Assembly (NCBI RefSeq): GCF_048593235.1
Contig: NC_133617.1
Location: 72,872,937 to 72,936,936, forward strand
DNA: 64,000 nt
Direction of reading: 5' to 3'
Source: Sminthopsis crassicaudata
Taxonomy: Eukaryota
In this document: in pieces, positions 57,801-64,000 of the stretch
Layout of the letters: every line of letters begins with the position of its first letter
Position numbering within the stretch: the stretch's first letter is position 1
Made by a program: the position numbers and the translations under genes
Notes under the pieces: model-generated
Database searches by the model: none
What the model was told of the DNA's origin: nothing
Seen by the model: the letters and a program-made list of their open reading frames with translations, nothing else

Positions 57801-60536
57801 GACAGGCCTCCTGGGTGCACCTCCAGCCATGCCCCTGTTAAATAACCCAGCTTTGTCTACAGCATTGCTCCAGCTCGCCCTACAGACTCAGAACCAAGTC
57901 CAGCAGGTACGACCTCCCCTCCCTTCTTGGGCTACAGTTCCATACACTGTACCAGCTCTCCACTAGAACCGGGATTAAGAGATAAGACCAGGAACAATTA
58001 CCAGGCCTCTCCATTTCTTTCTGTAGAACTCTTAACACGTTCCTTTACTTAATTATCTATGTCTGCCTGGCTGGCTGACAATGGGAGACCTAGTTTGCCA
58101 TGGGATCATTGTGACCATCTGAAAGTCCACAATCTATTCCATTACCCAAGAAGAGACTACCCAGGGCTAGCTAAGCCTAGGGACTTAGGCCTTTCTGTTG
58201 GCCCCTCCTTTTCTTTATAAGCCTCATCTCCTGGCTTTCTATAATGGATTTTCCCTCTCAGCTTTTGCTTGGCCTCCTTGGAATGGCAATCACCCTGAAT
58301 CCCATCCCTTTCCTCCTCACTACTAGGGGTGCTGATGCTTTTCCCCTTGGGTTCCTTTGACTGGCCACCTTCTGCCCCCCAATAGTGCTCAAATCCCTGA
58401 TGGCTGACCCTGTGACCAAACTATTTCTAGAAACCAGGAATCCTTGGAGACTCTCCCTTGGGTTCATTCCAGTCTGGAGCCCAGCCTGGCCCCACGCTTC
58501 TTGGAGGAGAGTTACCGGCAGGTAAATTGAGCTGCTGCTACCCATTCCACAGTGGGGGGAGGGCCAGGGGCAGAAGATGCACACTGCATATAATGGGGCA
58601 ATGCAAAGAGCCTGGGGATGCTTGGAAAGGCCAGGCAAGAAACATTAGGCTCAAACACAGAGCTGTGTCTTTTACATGTATGCTAAAGAGCGGCCTGTGC
58701 TCATGACAGATTCTCTCTTCCAAGGAGGAGTCCTGCCCTCTGACATGCCCCCAGTTCGAGGGAAGCCACCATCACTTTTGCCACCCCTGCTGGGTACAGC
58801 AGGAGGAGACCGTGAAGCTCTGGCACTAGGGGCTTCAGCTCCTCAGCTCACTTCACCCCCTGCCTCTCTCCGAGGTTCTGTCCTCAGTGGATTACAGAAG
58901 TTGAGTGAGAATGGGCCCCCACCAGCCTCTGGGGTAAGGCTCAAACCCTTCCTCTGGGGGAGGGGCAGACTGGGTTATCAGACATTGTGTCTCTGCCGAA
59001 GGTGACTGTGTTTTCCTTTTCAGGTCTCACTGTTGGGAGAGCCACCCAAGGACTTCAGGATCCCCCTGAACCCTTATTTAAACCTTCACAGTCTCTTGCC
59101 TACAGGTACTGCCTAGTAGGGTGTCCCAGCTAGGAGTTAGGTTGGAGTAGCCCTAGGTTGGGAGGTGATGGTTTCAGAGCAGCTTCCAAGGAGCTGATGT
59201 TCTTACCTTTGGCCCCAGGGGGAAGCAGCAAAGCCTTTAACCTGAAATCCAGCATGCTGGGCAGTGCTTCCAGTACCCGTCTGTCTGCTGAGGCCGGCCT
59301 CTCCTCGGATGGCTATGGCTTTGACTACCCATCGGTAAGTCTGGGCCTGAGGCCCTGATGCCTGCCCTTCTTCTGGATTCCTGGTTTGTTCCTGAGTTTT
59401 TGTCTCAGCATGCACATCAAGCTCAGACTTTTTCTGCTCATGTTAATCATGACCCAAGAGCAAATTCCCAAGTTCTCTCATAGAGAGGCTGGTTTCTATA
59501 CCTGTTACAGCTGAGATATGAGCAAAAGGGAAGTGTTCAATCAAGGAGACCACTTGGGCTATAGTTATTGAGGTGGTTGTTGTGAAGTCATTTAGTTCCC
59601 TTTTTCTTTCAACTGTATGGTTTTTCCCCCCCAGGACTTAGGACCACGGCGTATGTTTTCCCATCCCCGAGAATCTGTGGGACCCATGCTAGGACCACTT
59701 GGGCATAGCAGACATAAGGTAACAGGTCCCTTTTGTCCAGCCCATCCCATTCTGGTTTTCTCCCACAATCTCACCCTGGCCTTTGTTTTCTTGGCTCCTT
59801 ACAGATGTCTCCCCCACCTAGTGGATTTGGAGAGCGGGGGAGTGGAAGTGGGGGGCTTCCTCACTTTTACTCCGGCTCCCCTACCTCCTACTTTACCAGT
59901 GGTCTGCAGGCTGGCCTCAAGCAGAGTCACCTCAGCAAGGTAAGATACTCTAATAGACCATGCAAAAGATGGGAAGGAGAATTCCAAGAACCCCTTGCCT
60001 GTACCTGACATGGGAAATCCCAAGTCTTAGAGGGATGGGGAGCCTGACAGCAGTACTTATATTTAAATTGTGGGGGAGCTAAGATCTTAGCATGACAGTC
60101 TGAGTTCCCTTGGGGAAGAGCAGCTTTATCTAGTGAAAGGGCTCTGAGACAGAGAGATTAGCAAGCCTGGGTTGTGGGAATTGAGACTGATGGCTCCCTC
60201 ACCTCTCAGGTTGTTGGCACGTCCCCCATGGGTTCTGGAGAGGGTCTCTTGGGTCTGGGTCCTGGCCCTGACAGCCATGGCAGCCTGATGAAGGTAAATG
60301 GCTTGGAGCAGGTGGTAGCAGGTGGTGAGGGGTCAGACTGGGGGAGGGGGACCACCTTTCACTTGTTGCTTTGTGCTTTGCATTCACAGACTCCCATGGG
60401 TGGCCAGAAACGGGGCTTCTCACACCTGCTTCCTTCCCCAGAGCCCAGCCCTGAAGGAGGCTATGTGGGCCAGCATTCCCAGGGCCTGGGGGGCCATTAT
60501 GCAGATTCCTACCTAAAACGCAAGAGGATATTCTAA
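54850..60536 (+). CDS. RAVER1: Ribonucleoprotein PTB-binding 1 (Raver1), three RRMs plus PTB-interacting motifs, 709 aa
   Basis: Exons 54850-55068, 56272-56338, 56455-56924, 57212-57403, 57552-57684, 57806-57906, 58431-58521, 58725-58933, 59024-59105, 59219-59334, 59635-59718, 59805-59939, 60210-60293 and 60390-60536. Total 2130 nt, phase-consistent. Starts [15 protein letters not shown]; PRI motifs GLLGAPP and SLLGEPP; C-terminal [11 protein letters not shown]. Confidence 0.97.
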
Positions 60537-61794
60537 TGAATCCTGGCCAGAATCTTCACCCTACCCTAGGCTGGCAGACTGCTTTTAAAGCTCACTCTTG
60601 GGATTTCCAATTTAAAAAAAAAAAACCAAACAACAAATTGTATGTAAAGAACTTGCCTTCTGACAGGGCCAGCCCCCTAGACCCAGCCCCTTTCTTCTCA
60701 GTAGAAATGGCTGTGCCAGGGGACGGGGGTTGTTCCCTCCAATACCAGCACCTTTTGACATCCTCCCTGGGACCCTGTAGCTCTTGAGGCTCAGTGTTTC
60801 AGTTGTTGGAGAAGAAGAAAAATGAGGGGGTATCCTCCCAGTAACAAGTAGGGACCAGATTGGGCAGGGGTCAGGATATCTTCTCCCCATACTCTGGGAT
60901 CTATGTCACTCTTCCAGGGCAATGTCCTTGTCCTGCCCCACTTTGGACTTTTGGGGGGCCACCAGAGACCCTGTCCCCAAAACATTGTAGCCTTAAGAGG
61001 CCCCCAGGGTTTGTGACCTCATTCTTGCTTTCTCCTCAGTACCCTTTGCTCTGTGACCTCTTTCTTCATTCTTTTTTCTTCCTCTGTCCATTCTTTGTCA
61101 TCTCGTTGTGTGTTTTGCTCCTCTCTTTCTCCTTGGTGTCTCTTGAGAGGCGTCTTGGGCTCCCTGGGTGGCTCCATCAGGCTGGGCCTATGCTGGATCC
61201 TGGGGTTTGAGTGCCTTGGACATCATGCAGCAGTTTCTTTAGGGAGATGTTGCATCTGTAGGTTGCCTTTAAATTTTTTTTTTAGCAATTGTTACTTTCT
61301 TGTGTGTATTGTTTTTTAATAAGAAGCCAGGAAAAACCCAGCTTCCTGATTCCCATTCATTCTAGGGAGCCCGGGAAGTTCAACTTTTAATATTTTCTTT
61401 ATGGCTTTATAAATTTCTTAGCCATATGTTAGAGGTGATTTTTAGCCCCTCCTCTTCCTTTTTTTTTTTTTTTTTTTTGGAATGCTGCAGGTGAGGCTGC
61501 CTCCCACCCCCTGCTGCTGCTTCTAGTCTTTATAGAAATGGCCCTTCCTCTGTCCCCAGATGCCTTAAGGCCCTGAGCCTCAGTCCCAGGCCAGTCCAGA
61601 GAACTCAGCATCTGTGGTTCATTCTGAAGCTGCTGGGGCTACATTTCTCTCCTTAAAACTCAGGACCAAACAAGTTGAGAGAGGAAGGGACAGATTGGGA
61701 GGCGAGCCTTTCAGCCAGCCCATCCTCTGTCAGTCAGCTGGAGAGTGACTTGCTGCTGGATTATAAATGCAGCATTTGCAGAGGTCTCCTTTGA

Positions 61795-61800
61795 AATAAA
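61795..61800 (+). terminator. Likely RAVER1 polyadenylation signal AATAAA
   Basis: First AATAAA seen after the stop at 60536; followed by a U-rich tract. Confidence 0.7.
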
Positions 61801-62742
61801 GCTTTATCTTTCATTTCACCCATACTTCACTCCTAGTTGTTTTTATGGTGAAATTCTGCCCAATGATGTCAGCTGGAGACTCCCAGCTACCCCTAGCTAG
61901 CCCTAAGGCCAAAGTCTCCATGCAGAATGATACCTTCTTAAATGCCCCCAGGGAGAGAAAAGGGCCATCCCGGGCCTCTGATGTTTAGGGTAGGCTGCCC
62001 CTCTCCCAAACTCTTAAGTGAGCCAACCCCTTCTAGTGCCTCCATGTGCCCCTGGCACACCACCTCATACGCCTATCCCACCAAGACCTGCCATGCTTTC
62101 CTTTCACTCCCACCTTCCCAATATTTCCTCCTAATCTGTACTTTTGTCTTTGTCATCCGAGCTAGACCTGGTTGGACTACCCGTCCCGGGGCTCTGGGCT
62201 CAGACTCGCTGTCTTTGGACCAGCCCTAGCTTCCAGGGGCAAGGTTTTCAGTGCCTCCACTGTCTGTCCTACAGGAACCCTGGGTGGGGGGTAGTAGCTC
62301 TGTCCTCGTAAATATGACTGTCCCCTGAAATCTACATTTGCTGAATTAAAGTTTTTAAGTAAAATGATTTTAACAAAACTGGCGCCTGACTGATTCTTTG
62401 ACCGGCTAGCCACGGTTTACCCAGATGTTGCCCATGCTTCAGATTCTAAGCTTCAGTTCGGAATTCACACCTTGCATAGTTGTGACATTTGTCTCCAGTC
62501 CCACATCACTCGGTTGAATTTAACAGTTGTATGCGGGAAGCGTTTATGTAAAAGTTCATTGAGCAGCAGGCGCGATCAAAAGGCTGTACAAACTATTTTA
62601 GGGGAAAAAATCCCAAACTCGAAAATTCACGCATCCACCTTTGAGATCTACCTGAATCCGCCCACCTGCGCGCCTATTCTGAGAATTACAGCTCCCCTCG
62701 GGGATGGTTAGTTCACGCAGGCGCCAGGGGTGGCCCTGTTAG

Positions 62743-62752
62743 GTCACGTGGC
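62743..62752. promoter_or_regulatory. E-box GTCACGTGGC immediately upstream of the FDX2 ATG, within a CpG island
   Basis: Motif seen directly; the binding factor (USF/MYC/TFE class) is inference. Confidence 0.45.
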
Positions 62753-62759
62753 GTCTGTC

Positions 62760-63505
<746 letters not shown>

Positions 63506-64000
63506 TAAAAGGAAAAGTTATATTGCTTTCGTTTACGTCGTAGTCATTTATAGACATAATCCTTCCCTTCCTCTCGCGTTCCAACCCTCCCTTGTAATAA
63601 TTTTAAAAACTAGCCACGCGACGTCCGGACCTCCCCGGCCTTGTCGGCCACACCTCCGCCAGGAGCAGGGAGGGGGTGCCGGGAGGAAAGGAGGCACGTG
63701 TTTGGTCCTCCAAGGTGCCAGTCAGAATGGGAGGCGGGTCTCTGAAGTCTTCTCTGCCAGTCACTCCGGGACCTTTGTGCTAATTACACTGCAATCAGCA
63801 AAGGAGCGGAGCCCATCCCTTGCAGGCTTTTCCCGTCTTTATTTGGGGTCACTTTCTCCTCCGGAGATAGCCTAGAAAGATCCCCTTTCTCCCCTAACGT
63901 CCCAGTATTTGTGCACTTGAGCCCTCAGCTTCCCATCGTACTTCTGCTAAGCTGCTGCCCCCCCACTTCCCCTTGTGCTGGCGGGTTTGTCCCCGGCCGG

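Overview
Vertebrate genomic DNA from a marsupial, most likely an Australian dasyurid-type lineage (inferred from WSINE1-like SINEs, marsupial L1 3' UTRs and a BovB/RTE relic; the species cannot be fixed from sequence alone). The window is syntenic with human 19p13.2 and carries five genes, all on the + strand: the 3' half of CDC37, complete TYK2 (23 coding exons, 1189 aa), a complete five-Ig-domain ICAM at the ICAM3 position (7 exons, 530 aa), complete RAVER1 (14 coding exons, 709 aa) and the first three exons of FDX2. Exon chains were built by hand from GT/AG junctions and checked for phase. Intergenic DNA is mostly L1, L2, SINE, RTE and probable LTR debris, with one 168-nt N gap. No prokaryotic-type system (CRISPR, operon, rRNA or tRNA gene) is present, and I found no wholly new gene. 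The most interesting observations are: an apparent ~1-kb gene-conversion tract between two neighbouring independent L1 insertions; a structured G-rich 17/18-bp minisatellite in TYK2 intron 1; an APE-to-AME change and an Arg-to-Cys change in the TYK2 activation segment; a RAVER1 intron that appears to be coding sequence in eutherians; and a perfect GAS element at the ICAM3-position gene. Comparisons with human and mouse proteins are from memory and need confirming by alignment.
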